64,000 nt of DNA, from the IMG/VR virus record IMGVR_UViG_3300028394_000034. One strand, written 5' to 3'. Source of the stretch: a virus. The notes below the pieces were generated by a model. It did not search any database. It saw only the letters and a list, made by a program, of their open reading frames with translations, and was not told the origin of the DNA. Of the stretch, positions 44,317 to 56,100 are shown piece by piece. Within the stretch, counting starts at the first letter, position 1; each line of letters opens with the position of its first letter. A program made the position numbers and the translations under genes.

Positions 44317-44837
44317 TGAGTAATCTTTTTAGTGGAATAATCTCTTCTGATTTTAAAAAGGTATTTAATGATGCTATTGACAGTCTTTTAGAGCAAAATT
44401 CTCTAACCGTCAAGTGTTCTGTAAAATATAGTAGCACAGAACAGAAGTTATGTAATAATTGTTTATTTGATAGCATTAGTAGACTCTCAGCAAATCTCTA
44501 CAATGGAACAGGACCAGTACGTTTTCCAGATAATACTATTTGTCCAGTATGCGGGGGGATGGGAGTCTCGACAAATGATACTCAAGACATTATATATCTT
44601 GGAGTAATTTTTGATAGTAAGTATTTCTTAAATAATGCTAATGTTAATATTGTAGATGGTATGGTTCAGACTTATTGTAATATTTCATTAATGCCAAAGA
44701 TTCGAGATGCTAATGAAATAGTTTTTGATTCTGCTATTGAAAAATATGGATCTTATGTTTATCAAAGAGCTGGAGATCCTCAACCTTGCGGATTTGGAGA
44801 TAATAGATATATCATTACTCTTTGGAAAAGAAAATGA
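44316..44837 (+). CDS. Putative head-closure/neck protein
   Basis: Position; CNNC...CPVCGG Zn motif. Confidence 0.45.
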   Translation: MSNLFSGIISSDFKKVFNDAIDSLLEQNSLTVKCSVKYSSTEQKLCNNCLFDSISRLSANLYNGTGPVRFPDNTICPVCGGMGVSTNDTQDIIYLGVIFDSKYFLNNANVNIVDGMVQTYCNISLMPKIRDANEIVFDSAIEKYGSYVYQRAGDPQPCGFGDNRYIITLWKRK

Positions 44838-45478
44838 AAATAACAGTTAGCTTATTAGAATCTGATGCTGTTATCAGACAACAAATATTTCAAAGTCTTA
44901 AAAAAGATTTAGATATTGTTATGGCAAAATCTAGACCTGGTATTTTAGATAAAATTAAAATAGCTTTAGCTCAAGCTCTAAAACAAGAACCTGAGTATGA
45001 GTCTTTAGCTCATGGAGATCTTAGACTACAGTTTGGAATACCAGACCCAACTGCTGTAGATCAGGTGGTACAGAAGTTAGCAGAGAGTACTAATATAGAT
45101 ATGATACCGATTGCAATATCTAGTTTAGGACTTAAGGGAGGATTTAAGCTAACTGCTTTGAAGGCTGATGATATGGGAGGAGTAGTATCAGATAATAGCG
45201 CTATAGTAACTGATAATGAAAGAGGATATTCCTTGCCTTGGTTAGAGTGGCTACTATATAAAGGTAATGAAATTATTGTTAGAAAATTCGACGTGGAGCT
45301 TGGACCTAATCCCAATTCTAGAACAGGTATGGCTGTTATGGTTGGGTCTAATAATAACTGGAGAGTTCCACCAGCATTCGTAGGAACCATAACGAATAAC
45401 TGGACAACAAGAGCAATAGACAGGATAGAAAAACAGGTTGGAGATATTATACAAAAAACGATAGAGAATAATATATGA
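44822..45478 (+). CDS. Putative tail-completion/neck protein
   Basis: Position; LPWLEWLL..G. Confidence 0.4.
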   Translation: MEKKMKITVSLLESDAVIRQQIFQSLKKDLDIVMAKSRPGILDKIKIALAQALKQEPEYESLAHGDLRLQFGIPDPTAVDQVVQKLAESTNIDMIPIAISSLGLKGGFKLTALKADDMGGVVSDNSAIVTDNERGYSLPWLEWLLYKGNEIIVRKFDVELGPNPNSRTGMAVMVGSNNNWRVPPAFVGTITNNWTTRAIDRIEKQVGDIIQKTIENNI

Positions 45479-46413
45479 CATCATTCCATAATGTATCAGA
45501 TATAGGACAAAGAAATGTTATTTCTTCATTAGAAGATAATATAAAGAGCTTTTTAGATTGGTCCTTTCTTAATATTGGAGGATTTATCAATGTTAATATT
45601 CCTACTAGTGGTTTTTTAGGTGGTAATTTTCACCAGATGAAAACTGTAGTAGATCCAGCAAAACCAGCAAATAAGGTATGGGAGACACAGAGAAAAGAGT
45701 GGGTTTATGAGAGTGGAGTGGTTCATAACAATTCTTCCCCAGTAAGAATATCGGGAATTTACCTAAATAATACTTTTTTACCAGCACCAACAGGTAGCGG
45801 CAATTATACATATCGCATGAATTATCCTTTGGGTAGAGTAACATTTGATAATCCAGTATCTTCAAATAGTAATGTCTCATTAAATTATTCATATAGATAT
45901 GTTCAAGTATATAAAGCTAATGAATCAGTTTGGTGGAAAGAATTGCAAACAGAAACTTACAATTCGGCTAATTTCAAAACTGATCCTGATCTTAGCATAA
46001 CATCAAATCATAGAATACAATTACCAGCAATCATCATAGAAACCACCCCAAGAACAGTCTTAACCCCATACGAATTAGGAACAACAGAGAATATCATCCA
46101 ACAGGATCTTCTGCTCCATGTTTTTACCGAAAATCCTGTTCATAGAAATTCTATAATAGATACTCTTTTATTACAAAAAGATAAAGTTCTATATCTATAC
46201 AATATAAATAAAGTTATCAAAAATAATGTGAATAGTTTAAACTTTAGCGGAGAACCCAACCCAAATCGGCTAAATTATGATAAGCTATCTACAAATCCTC
46301 TTTATATTCTTAAAAAATGCAATATTAAACAATCATCATTATCAGAACTAAATGCTTTTAGTCATAGTTTGTATAATGGAGTTGTTCGTTGGACTATTGA
46401 AATTTTTCCTTGA
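45475..46413 (+). CDS. Putative tail terminator
   Basis: Directly before the tube gene; QLPAIIIE. Confidence 0.45.
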   Translation: MTSFHNVSDIGQRNVISSLEDNIKSFLDWSFLNIGGFINVNIPTSGFLGGNFHQMKTVVDPAKPANKVWETQRKEWVYESGVVHNNSSPVRISGIYLNNTFLPAPTGSGNYTYRMNYPLGRVTFDNPVSSNSNVSLNYSYRYVQVYKANESVWWKELQTETYNSANFKTDPDLSITSNHRIQLPAIIIETTPRTVLTPYELGTTENIIQQDLLLHVFTENPVHRNSIIDTLLLQKDKVLYLYNINKVIKNNVNSLNFSGEPNPNRLNYDKLSTNPLYILKKCNIKQSSLSELNAFSHSLYNGVVRWTIEIFP

Positions 46414-46427
46414 TCCTTATTAATATT

Positions 46428-46445
46428 GGTGTATCTCTAACTAGA
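46428..46445 (+). promoter_or_regulatory. Putative late promoter
   Basis: GGTGTAT-N7-TAGA. Confidence 0.6.
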
Positions 46446-46514
46446 TGTTTAAACTCAAAATATAAGGCCATATAACCCACATCTTATTCTCAATTTCATT
46501 AACGGAGAAGAGTC

Positions 46515-47621
46515 ATGCCAGCAAATAATAGAATTTATTACGCCAGTCAAGCAGTTCTTTTACAGCCACAAAATAGCGACGGGTCATCTGTCTATAACGG
46601 ATGGGTCGCTCCACAAGGCTTACAAAGCGTAGGTATGACCACAAATTTCAACTTACAGCAAGTTTTCCAGCTTGGTCAGCTAGAACTTTATGACAATCTA
46701 GAAAATGTTCCAGAAGTTGAAGTTACTCTCAATAAGGTTCTTGATGGAACTCCTCCGCTATATTTAATTTGCATGGGAGGAAGCGGCTCTGTTGCCGGAG
46801 CTAATGCGAAGGATATGGCAGAAATTGTTAATAATCGTGTTAATTTCCGTCTTGGTATCTATGCTGATAGTGTTACAGCAGCAACAGGAAATGCTAGTCA
46901 CTATGTTGATTGTAGTGGTATGTATCTTTCAAGATTTAGCTATACACTACCAGTCGAAGGTAATGCCACAGAAGAAGTTACTCTAGTAGGCAATAATAAA
47001 GTATGGAATACTGGAAGTGTTTTTAGTATGTCAGAATTTAATCCAACAGGAACTAATCCAACAAAATGGAGTAAGGCTCCATCAGTTGTTAAGAGATATA
47101 ATGTTAATATTGCTGGTTCAACTCTACCAACTGGTACTGCTGGTATCCCAATTCCATCTGGTCGTAGTGTTAATAGACCATATGTACAACAGGTGACTAT
47201 TAGTTCTGACCTTGGTCGTGAAGCTATCTATGAACTAGGTCGTATGGCTCCATACTTCCGCTATGTTAACTTCCCAGTACAAGTAACATCAGAATTTTCT
47301 GTTACCGCTAGTGATGGAGATTATGTAAATGCTGATGACTTTGCATCGAAGACTGGTTGTGGTCAGACTTATACAAATCTAACTGACAAGACTATCATTA
47401 TTAATCTATGTGGTACCGGAGTAAATGATTATCTAACACTAGATCTTGGAGGCAAGAATAAGCTAACATCAGTAAACTACAGTGGTGGAGATACTGGCGG
47501 TGGCAATGCCACAATCAGCTATAGCTTCCAAACCTTCAATAAGTTTAAGATGACAGCTAGCGGAACATATTCCGAGACCAAGTGGATTGATAATACTGCT
47601 GATGATAATAACTACTTTTAA
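46515..47621 (+). CDS. Major tail tube protein
   Basis: Own promoter; GLQSVG..TNFNL.QVFQLGQ and QQVTISSDLGRE.IYELG tube-like duplication. Confidence 0.65.
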   Translation: MPANNRIYYASQAVLLQPQNSDGSSVYNGWVAPQGLQSVGMTTNFNLQQVFQLGQLELYDNLENVPEVEVTLNKVLDGTPPLYLICMGGSGSVAGANAKDMAEIVNNRVNFRLGIYADSVTAATGNASHYVDCSGMYLSRFSYTLPVEGNATEEVTLVGNNKVWNTGSVFSMSEFNPTGTNPTKWSKAPSVVKRYNVNIAGSTLPTGTAGIPIPSGRSVNRPYVQQVTISSDLGREAIYELGRMAPYFRYVNFPVQVTSEFSVTASDGDYVNADDFASKTGCGQTYTNLTDKTIIINLCGTGVNDYLTLDLGGKNKLTSVNYSGGDTGGGNATISYSFQTFNKFKMTASGTYSETKWIDNTADDNNYF

Positions 47622-47816
47622 TCAGTAGTTGTCAATTATAATTAAAGACCGAGGAATTTTAATAGATAAAGGAAACAGGAATGGAAGATCTATTCAATAT
47701 GATAGGAAAGCTGTACGTTGATGTATATAATAGTCAAAAGATCATAGAGATGCTACAAAAGCAACTCAAGGAAAAAGACCAGGAACTTGCGGAATTAAAA
47801 ATACCCAAGGCTAAGG

Positions 47817-48857
47817 ATGAATGATGCCGAAAAAGAACTTCTTCTTCATAGGATATTATGTGGTTCTTTACTTTTTTACTTTCGTAATGAAAAGTATGAG
47901 CTAAAAAAGATTACTAATCACATAAGGTATGAAGCAGATTTACTTTATAATAGAATTATGAATGATGAAAAATATGAGGAATGGATAAGAGAAGCTAATA
48001 TGGTTCCTCATATGATTAGTTTAGGACTATGGACAAAAGACTCTGACCAAATGATAACACAGATGGAAAAAAGAATAGACAATCTAAAAGTAGAACTTTT
48101 TCAAAACCTAGTATCTTCTGATAATCAAAAGAAAATCAGAAAAAATCTAACTATCGCCAAAAATGCTCTCAATCGAATTCTTAATGCTAGATCTGAATTC
48201 AGAGTTAATACTCTTGAAGGATATGCTGAATCAATTAAGAATGAATACATAATATGTAAAAGTCTATATAAAAAAGGAATGAGGGTTTTTGATGCTGAAG
48301 ATACATCATCATCTTCCTATACTTATTTTAATGATCTTGTCAATATTATAAATCGTCATATTATAAAGCTAGAAGACTTTAAACTTTTATCAAGAAGTAA
48401 TATTTGGAGAGCTTATTGGAATGCTAATAAAGAACATATATTTCCTGGATCTGTAAGTGAGTGGACCGATGATCAAAGAGGATTGGTTAATATTACAAAA
48501 ATGTATGATAGTGTTTATGAACATCCAGAATGTCCAAATGAAAAAGTTATAGAAGATGACGATATGCTGGACGGATGGATGATACTACAAAAAAGAAAAG
48601 CAGATAAAACAAAAAACCAAAAGAGTATTGATGAAATTAATCCAAATTTGAAAAATGCTCAAGAAGTATTTTTAATGAGCAGAAATACCCAAGATTTTGA
48701 AAGTATTATGGATCTTAATAGTGAAGAATCAAAACGAAGATTACAAGAAAAAATGGCAGTTATTAATCGGTCTGGAGAAGTAGAAGATGCTCAACTGCCG
48801 GATGTTCAAAGAGAACTATTAGCACAATCTAATGAATTATTTAAAAATAGGAAATAA
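47817..48857 (+). CDS. Putative tail assembly protein
   Basis: Between tube and tape measure. Confidence 0.45.
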   Translation: MNDAEKELLLHRILCGSLLFYFRNEKYELKKITNHIRYEADLLYNRIMNDEKYEEWIREANMVPHMISLGLWTKDSDQMITQMEKRIDNLKVELFQNLVSSDNQKKIRKNLTIAKNALNRILNARSEFRVNTLEGYAESIKNEYIICKSLYKKGMRVFDAEDTSSSSYTYFNDLVNIINRHIIKLEDFKLLSRSNIWRAYWNANKEHIFPGSVSEWTDDQRGLVNITKMYDSVYEHPECPNEKVIEDDDMLDGWMILQKRKADKTKNQKSIDEINPNLKNAQEVFLMSRNTQDFESIMDLNSEESKRRLQEKMAVINRSGEVEDAQLPDVQRELLAQSNELFKNRK

Positions 48858-48859
48858 CA

Positions 48860-49165
48860 ATGAAAGATAAAGATCAACTAATGTATGATATGGAAAAAAG
48901 ACTAAAGACAACCATGATTGGAGCTATAGCTAAATTTGAAGAATCATTTGGATATTTATGGGAAGAGGAAAGTGATAAAAGATTAATTTATGATAGCTTG
49001 TGGGAACAAACTCGTAATAATATCCTAAATCACGGCAATCACCAAATAAGATTGGCTCTAAAAGAATTAGGAGAAGCTTTATACAACCAACCGGCCTTTA
49101 AAGAAAAATATCACTATAAGTTCTATTTTAACAAGAATGACAGAGGAGACTCATATGAAAACTAA
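48860..49165 (+). CDS. Hypothetical protein
   Basis: Operon position. Confidence 0.5.
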   Translation: MKDKDQLMYDMEKRLKTTMIGAIAKFEESFGYLWEEESDKRLIYDSLWEQTRNNILNHGNHQIRLALKELGEALYNQPAFKEKYHYKFYFNKNDRGDSYEN

Positions 49166-50042
49166 GACATTTACAGCAGAAGTAGGAACAGAGAAGACAG
49201 AGAAGGAATTTTTAGTTCGTTCACCATCATTAACTGATCAAAGAGAAGCCCAGAAGGTTTATAATCAGGCCTTTACAGACGCTATTAAGAGCAAGAGCGT
49301 GGTAAGAGCAAAGCTAGATGATCTTCTTGCAGATCAGGGACTATGGAATGATGAGAAACAGGCTAAGTTCTCTCTTCTGCAAAAAGAACTGCTAGATGGA
49401 GAAAAGCAATTAGCAAAGGGTGGTTTTAGTTTAAATGAGGCCAAAGACCTTGCTATTAAAATGAAAGGTGTACGAGATGAAATCCGAGACCTAATTAGTG
49501 TTCGTACATCATTAGATAATCATAGTGCAGAAGGTCAAGCGGATAATGCTAGATTTAACTATTTAGTCTCAGCTTGCTTGGTGTATAATGATACTAAACA
49601 GCCATACTTTAGTAGTATGGAGGACTACCTTAATAGGGCAACGGAACCGGCAGCAATATTGGGTGCTCAGAATTTGGCTAATATGTTATATGGTTTGGAT
49701 AATGATTACGAAAGTGGATTACCAGAAAACAAATTTTTAAAGAAATATAAGTTTGTTGATGATAAACTAAGGTTGATTGATAAAAAGGGTCGTCTAATTG
49801 ATTCTGAAAATAGACTAGTTGATGATAGTGGTCGTTTTATTGATGAACAAGGTAATTTTGTTGATAAGTACGGCAATAGAGTTGATAAAGAAGGAGATTA
49901 TGTTGTTGAGACTAAACCCTTTTTGGACGATAATGGAAACCCTATTATTCTCGATGAAGAAGCCAATGAAACTAAACAACAGGAACAACCAGCCGAAGCT
50001 CCAGCAGTACCAACACCAGAGCCCAAAGTCTCTGAAGAATAA
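49155..50042 (+). CDS. Putative tail assembly chaperone
   Basis: Immediately upstream of the tape measure; GGAGA RBS. Confidence 0.5.
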   Translation: MKTKTFTAEVGTEKTEKEFLVRSPSLTDQREAQKVYNQAFTDAIKSKSVVRAKLDDLLADQGLWNDEKQAKFSLLQKELLDGEKQLAKGGFSLNEAKDLAIKMKGVRDEIRDLISVRTSLDNHSAEGQADNARFNYLVSACLVYNDTKQPYFSSMEDYLNRATEPAAILGAQNLANMLYGLDNDYESGLPENKFLKKYKFVDDKLRLIDKKGRLIDSENRLVDDSGRFIDEQGNFVDKYGNRVDKEGDYVVETKPFLDDNGNPIILDEEANETKQQEQPAEAPAVPTPEPKVSEE

Positions 50043-50132
50043 TTGGTTTGTTATTTATATCACTCCTAAGAAGTCCCCAGGTATAGAAAATATGCTTGGG
50101 GATTTTCTTTTGGCTACATACTAGGATAAAAT

Positions 50133-53100
50133 ATGGCATCAGCATTTAACTTAACAGCTCAATTAAATCTACGAGGTCCATCTAATGTTAGTGCTATTGT
50201 ATCTAATATTAGAAGACAGCTTGGTACCATTAGTGCAAATGTTAATGTAAATATTAATCCAACAACAACCAGAAATGTAGCACAGCTTAGTGCCTCTTTA
50301 AATAATCTTAATAGAACATTTGGAACTACCACGACATCAGCTAATAATGCTGCAAGAGCACTACAAAATTTTGGCAATTCTGTTGCTCAATTTAGTAATA
50401 ATATCCGCAATGTTCCTCAACAAATCAATAATACTACCAGTTCAATTGCAAGATTAAATGCTGCTATGACTTCCTCTAGAGCCACCTCGGCGGCTGCTGG
50501 AACAGAAATGCAAGAGTTCGGTAGACAAGCAGGATTAGCCGCCAGAAGATTTGCTGCTATTTCAACGGTAACAAGTGTTATCTTTGGATTAACTAGCGCT
50601 ATTAAAGCAGGTGTTCAAGCCTTTATTGACTATGATAGAGAGTTCATTAAGCTGCAACAGGTTACTGGTGAATCTGCTGCTGGACTAAAGGGCCTTAGTG
50701 ATACTATTGGTAGTTTATCTACTAGTCTTGGAGTATCATCTAAAGAATTAGTAGACGTATCTAGTACTTTAGCTCAGGCTGGTTTAAGTGCAAGAGATAC
50801 AGAGAAAGCATTAAAGGCTTTAGCATTAAGTGCATTAGCTCCATCCTTCGATGATATGAATAAAACGGTAGAAGGATCTATTGCTTTGATGAGACAGTTC
50901 GGAATTAGTGCTGGAGATTTAGATAAAGCTTTAGGTTCGGTTAATGCTGTTGCTGCTAAGTTTGCTGTTGAAGCTAGTGATATTATTACTGCCATTCAGC
51001 GTACTGGTGGTGTGTTCGCTACTGCAAGTAAGGGAGTAAGTGAAGGAACAGATGCTTTAAATGAATTTATTTCAGTATTTACTAGCGTAAGAGCAACAAC
51101 TCGTGAAAGCGCTGAAACAATTGCTACCGGTTTAAGAACAATCTTTACCAGAATTCAAAGAGGAGATACAATAGAGGCCCTTAAAGAGTATGGTGTTAAT
51201 TTACAAGATCTAGATGGTAAATTCGTTGGGGCATTTAAGGCTGTTCAGCTTTTAAGTCAGGGATTAAGTAAATTAGATCCTAGAGATTTAAGTTTCTCAA
51301 AAATTGTTGAAGAGCTTGGTGGATTCAGACAGATCGGTAAGGTTATTCCATTAATTCAGCAGTTTGCCACAGCACAAGACGCATTAAAGGTTGCACAAGC
51401 TGGACAAGGCTCGTTAGCCGCCGACGCTGCAAAAGCACAACAATCTTTAGCAAATCAGATTAGTAAAGTTCGAGAAGAATTTTTATCATTGTTTAGAGAG
51501 ATTGGTAGCTCTGACGGTTTTCAAACTATTATTAAAGGAGCATTAACATTAACTAGTACTTTAATTAAAGTAGCAGATAGTGTTAAGGGAATTTTACCCG
51601 CTCTTGCAGCTATGTTGGCTTTTAAAGGAGCTTCTTCATTAGTTCAGTTCGGTGCAGGCTTTGTTGGAGCAGTAAGAGGACAAAGAAGAGCAGAGGGTGG
51701 TACTATCAGAAGATATGCTGCTGGTGGACATGTTCCTGGTTCTGGAGATGGAGATACTGTTCCTGCAATGTTAACTCCTGGCGAATTTGTCATGAGAAAA
51801 CAAGCTGTTCGCAGTATTGGAGTAAATAATCTTCATAGTTTAAATAGGAATGGTGGAGGACTAATACAAAGATTTGCTAATGCTGGAGAAGTATCTGATT
51901 TATCTAAGACAGAAAGGACACACATAGGACCAAAGATCCAGATATCTGCAAAAGAAGCAAAAGAAGCTAGAACTTATGGATACAAACAGGCATATGCATC
52001 TTTAGGAGTAGAAAGACAAATTGATTTTAAGCCTCATCTTCCAGCTGAATGGAATCAAAGATGGAGAAGAATTGGCTCAGGAGAACCAGTCCCGTCTAAA
52101 GATATTATAGACTATGTAGCCTCAAGAACTCCTCCTCAATTATTCGGTAATCAAGGGATCCCTCTGAGACTATATCAAAAACTATCAAGTATAAATAAGC
52201 TATCATCACTTAAACAAACTTTTTTAACTGGTTTGTCTAAACTTCCACCGACGGTATCAAAAGATCCACAATTAGATTTTATTTTACCGCAGTATATTAA
52301 ACCATTTTTAGAATCACTAGATTTATGGGGACAATTATCTAAATCACAGACACTAAGCGTTCCAAAAGAATTCTCTGGAGTTAGTGTTTTTGATAGATTA
52401 AGAATGAAAGGTGTTCCAAGAGAAAAAAGACGAACTACAACTAAGGTACGATCTGCTTTGGCAGAAAAATTTGGTGATACCTTTGCTGATGGTGGTTCGG
52501 TTCGTAAATTCGTTGATGCTGGTATGGTGACACCAACATCAGGCAGAGCAGCTACTTCTACTGATATCTTCAGAGTTCTTACTCTAGATGAAGTTATTAA
52601 AGATACTGGATCAAATCCTGGAGATATACAAAGAATATTAAAGAAAAGAAATGCACTAAGTCCATCAGAACAAGCTATCAAAGATAAAATTTTAGCAAAA
52701 TACACAGAGAAAACTTCTGGTATTAAAAAAGCAAATAATCTTGATATAGAAAAAGCAACTACAGAGGGTCTTTTGTTCGGAGCTGCTGGGTTTAAGGGCA
52801 AAGCTTTTGCTACAACTCCAAGAATAGATATTCCAGGACTACAAAATCCAGTTAAAGTTAGAATTACTAGTGGTGTTTTAGATTCTGAAATGTCAAAGAA
52901 GCTATTAAAGAAGATGAGTGGTGGACTAAATGACATAGCAAATAAAGCCTCAAGAAATATGATGATCAAGGATATCTTGAAGCAAACTGGTCCAATATAT
53001 GCTGATTTTGATAGAACATTAGCTTTCGGTGCTGACAAGATTTTAGCAGATCCAAGAAAACCCAAATATAGTGAGTTCTCTGATAGAAATAAAGTTCAGG

Positions 53101-56100
53101 GAGCCCTAGGAAAAGCCAAACTTAGTGCTCTAGGAGCAGCTATTGTTAGTACAATAAAACAAGCTCCGGAGTTTGCCAATAACCTAAATATTATTTCTGC
53201 TAGACCACAATCTACTATGGATTTGGTGGCCGGATGGTTAGCCCAAAAGGGTATTCCAATTCCTCTTAGTAGAATTAAGGGTGTTGGTGGAGAGAATGTC
53301 ACAGCAGAACAAATTGCCGTTCTCAAAGCAGACTTGATGAATCCAGAGGGAGCTTTTGTTGACGACGATGATAGAAATGTTGCAGAAGCTGAGAAGAGAG
53401 GTATTCGATCATATCTATATAAAAAGAAAAATGTTGGATCGGTATCAAGAAAGAAGCTTGGAGAAGCGAATGCACAAGGTTATTTAGCTGAGAGAATTAT
53501 TCACGAGCTAGGTGGTCCAATAGCTAATAAGGCCACAACAAACTACGGCATAGACTTTCCAGATGGCCTACAAAGTGCTGCTAAATACTTTAATCTTCCT
53601 TCAAATATTCCAACAGACGCTAAATTAACTCTTAATGGCCCAGCAGAACTAAAGGGTCAGATTGGCAATTATCTTAAAGCCAGAGGCTATGCATCAGGTG
53701 GACATGTTCAAGCTATGGTTTCTGCTGGCGAAGCTTTTGTTCCACCAGAAGAAGCAAGGCAAATAGGATATGGCAAATTAAATCGAATGAATCAAGCAGA
53801 TCGTAATGGAATGGGTTCATTTTCGTCCGGAGGCATTAGTGTTTTTAAAGGACCAGGAACAGGAACTAGTGATAGTATCGGACCAGTATCTTTACCAGTA
53901 GGTGGTTTTGTCCTTCGTGAAAAAGCAACAAAGGCTTTAGGTTTACGTTCTGGTGGTTCTGTTGGAGGAGTTAAAAGATTTCTCACTGGAGGAACAATAG
54001 AAGACGCTTCTGATGCGCTAGTTAATGCTAATAATAGAGCTATAAGACCAAGCGTTAGAAGTTTAGATAGTCGTTTAAATATTCCAACAGCACAATTAAA
54101 TGAACTAGGAGCTGCTTTAAGAGCAAGTGGAGTTCAGATGACTCAATTTGCTCAATTAGCAAGTAGAGGAGGAGATGTCTCTGTAGCTGCTGCAAAAAGA
54201 GCAATAGAAGCAGATATTAGACATTCTGCCTCTCTTGGAACAGCAACAGTATCTACAACAGCACTTACAGCAGCTAGAGAAGTATTAACTAGAGTTCAAA
54301 GTGTAGAGGCAGCTTCTGCTGAAAATGTTTCAAGAACAAGACAATCGATAGTTGCTCAAAGATTTCAAAATATAGGAAATACTGTTTCAAACGTCCCTGT
54401 TGTTGGAGGTGCAGTTCGAGGATTAGGTCGTGTTGGAAATGGATTAAACGGTCAAGGAGGATTTATTGCTTCTATGGCAGTAGGAGCTTTGGCTGGACAA
54501 GGGGAAAATATTTTTGGTAAAAAAGACTCAAGCGAAGGAGCAGCTAGAAGTAATGCCAAGCTTGAATCAGGAGCTACTGCATTATCAACAGGATTAGGTT
54601 TAGCTAGTTCAGTAGCTATGATTCCTGGTGTAGGCCCAGCATTAGCTGGAACCATAGCAATAGGAACAGCATTAGCAGTCGCTGCTGATTCTGTTTATGA
54701 CTTCTCAGGAACAGCACAGAAAGCTAGTCAAGAATTTAAACAAGGAAAAAGAACTAAAAATATAGAAGATCTTGGAGAGAGAGTTGGTAAGTCTATGGAG
54801 GCTTATCAAAAAAATCCAAGTGGAGCTAAAGAAAGAGCAGCCCTTATATCTGATTCATTACAACAAAGTAGAGCAATATCAAATGACTCTACAGAAAGAG
54901 TTAAAGACCTAAAAGCTTCAAGAGCACCGAATATCTTCCAAAGAGGACTAATAGGTCTCGGACTATCTTCTGCTAAAGGGATTGGCAATGAAGATTTAAT
55001 GCAGATCTCAAAAGAGAGTGCCAAAAAAGCAGAACCCGCTGCTGATGCTGCTAGAAAAATAATCGAACAAAGAGTAGATTCTGGAGAAAAATTATCAGAT
55101 ATTACTAATCCAGCAAGCAAAGAGTTTCAACAATTAACAGAAATTATCGCCTCTGCTAATCCAGAATTTATTAATGCTAGAGATAGAATCATGGAGATGA
55201 GCGATGCTGCTGTCGCTACCACGGGAAAAACTAAAGAGGGATTAATTGCTGAAAGATTAAGAATTGAAGGAGCAAAAATTGCTAATGATGGCTATTTAAC
55301 AGCTAAGGAAAAAACAGCAGCAGCTGCTAAAGCTATGGAGGAGGCTGATAAGGCCGGACGTCAGCTTGCCCAAAGTTTCCAAAGAATGGTTAATACATTT
55401 AATCAGGCTTTAGGCAAGGTAACATTTAATTTGGAAAAAATGGAAAATGCTAGTCAAGCTAATATAGCAGCTCTTAATGGTAATGCAAAAGTTAGTCAGG
55501 TTGTTTCTAAGAACTTAAATGTACTATCTAATCCTAGAGCTTATTCTCAAAATGAAAGAAATACTGCATACGATAATGTTTCTGCTCCTTTTGGTCAAGA
55601 TAAAGATTCAGTAAGAAAGCTATTAAATTTAGATAGTGAGAATTTAGGATTCTCTGTTAGAAACAATATAAATTCATCTCTACAAGATAGGGCTGGACTA
55701 ACTCTTGATAAAGCAGCATCAAGTAGCAGAAAAAACCTAGAACAAGAAATATCAAATCTTCCAGAGATTGTTAGAAATGAAATTTTAGGTAAATTTGATG
55801 CTATTGCAGGAAAGGTTGCTTCTGATACTACTCCAGGTATGAGTGAACAAGATAAAGTAAATAAATTAGCAAACCTATTAGAAGAAGAACTAGGTAAAGC
55901 GGCCTCAGAATCTGCTCAAAATGTTAGAAATATGGCTATCGAGTTTGAGAAAGCCAGAGTGGGAGCTCTTAATAACTTTATAGATAGTATCAATAATGCA
56001 GCAGAAGCACAAAGAAAAGCACAGAAATCTATGGCTGATGCTAGAGAAACAAGAATTGCTGGAGGAGATGCTATTAATGAAGTTCTTGGTGGTGCTCCAA

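Noticed and set aside
47817-50042. Programmed -1 frameshift in tail chaperones
   Set aside because: TTTAAAA (48840) and TTTAAAG (49097) are not in the X-XXY-YYZ phase of their ORFs
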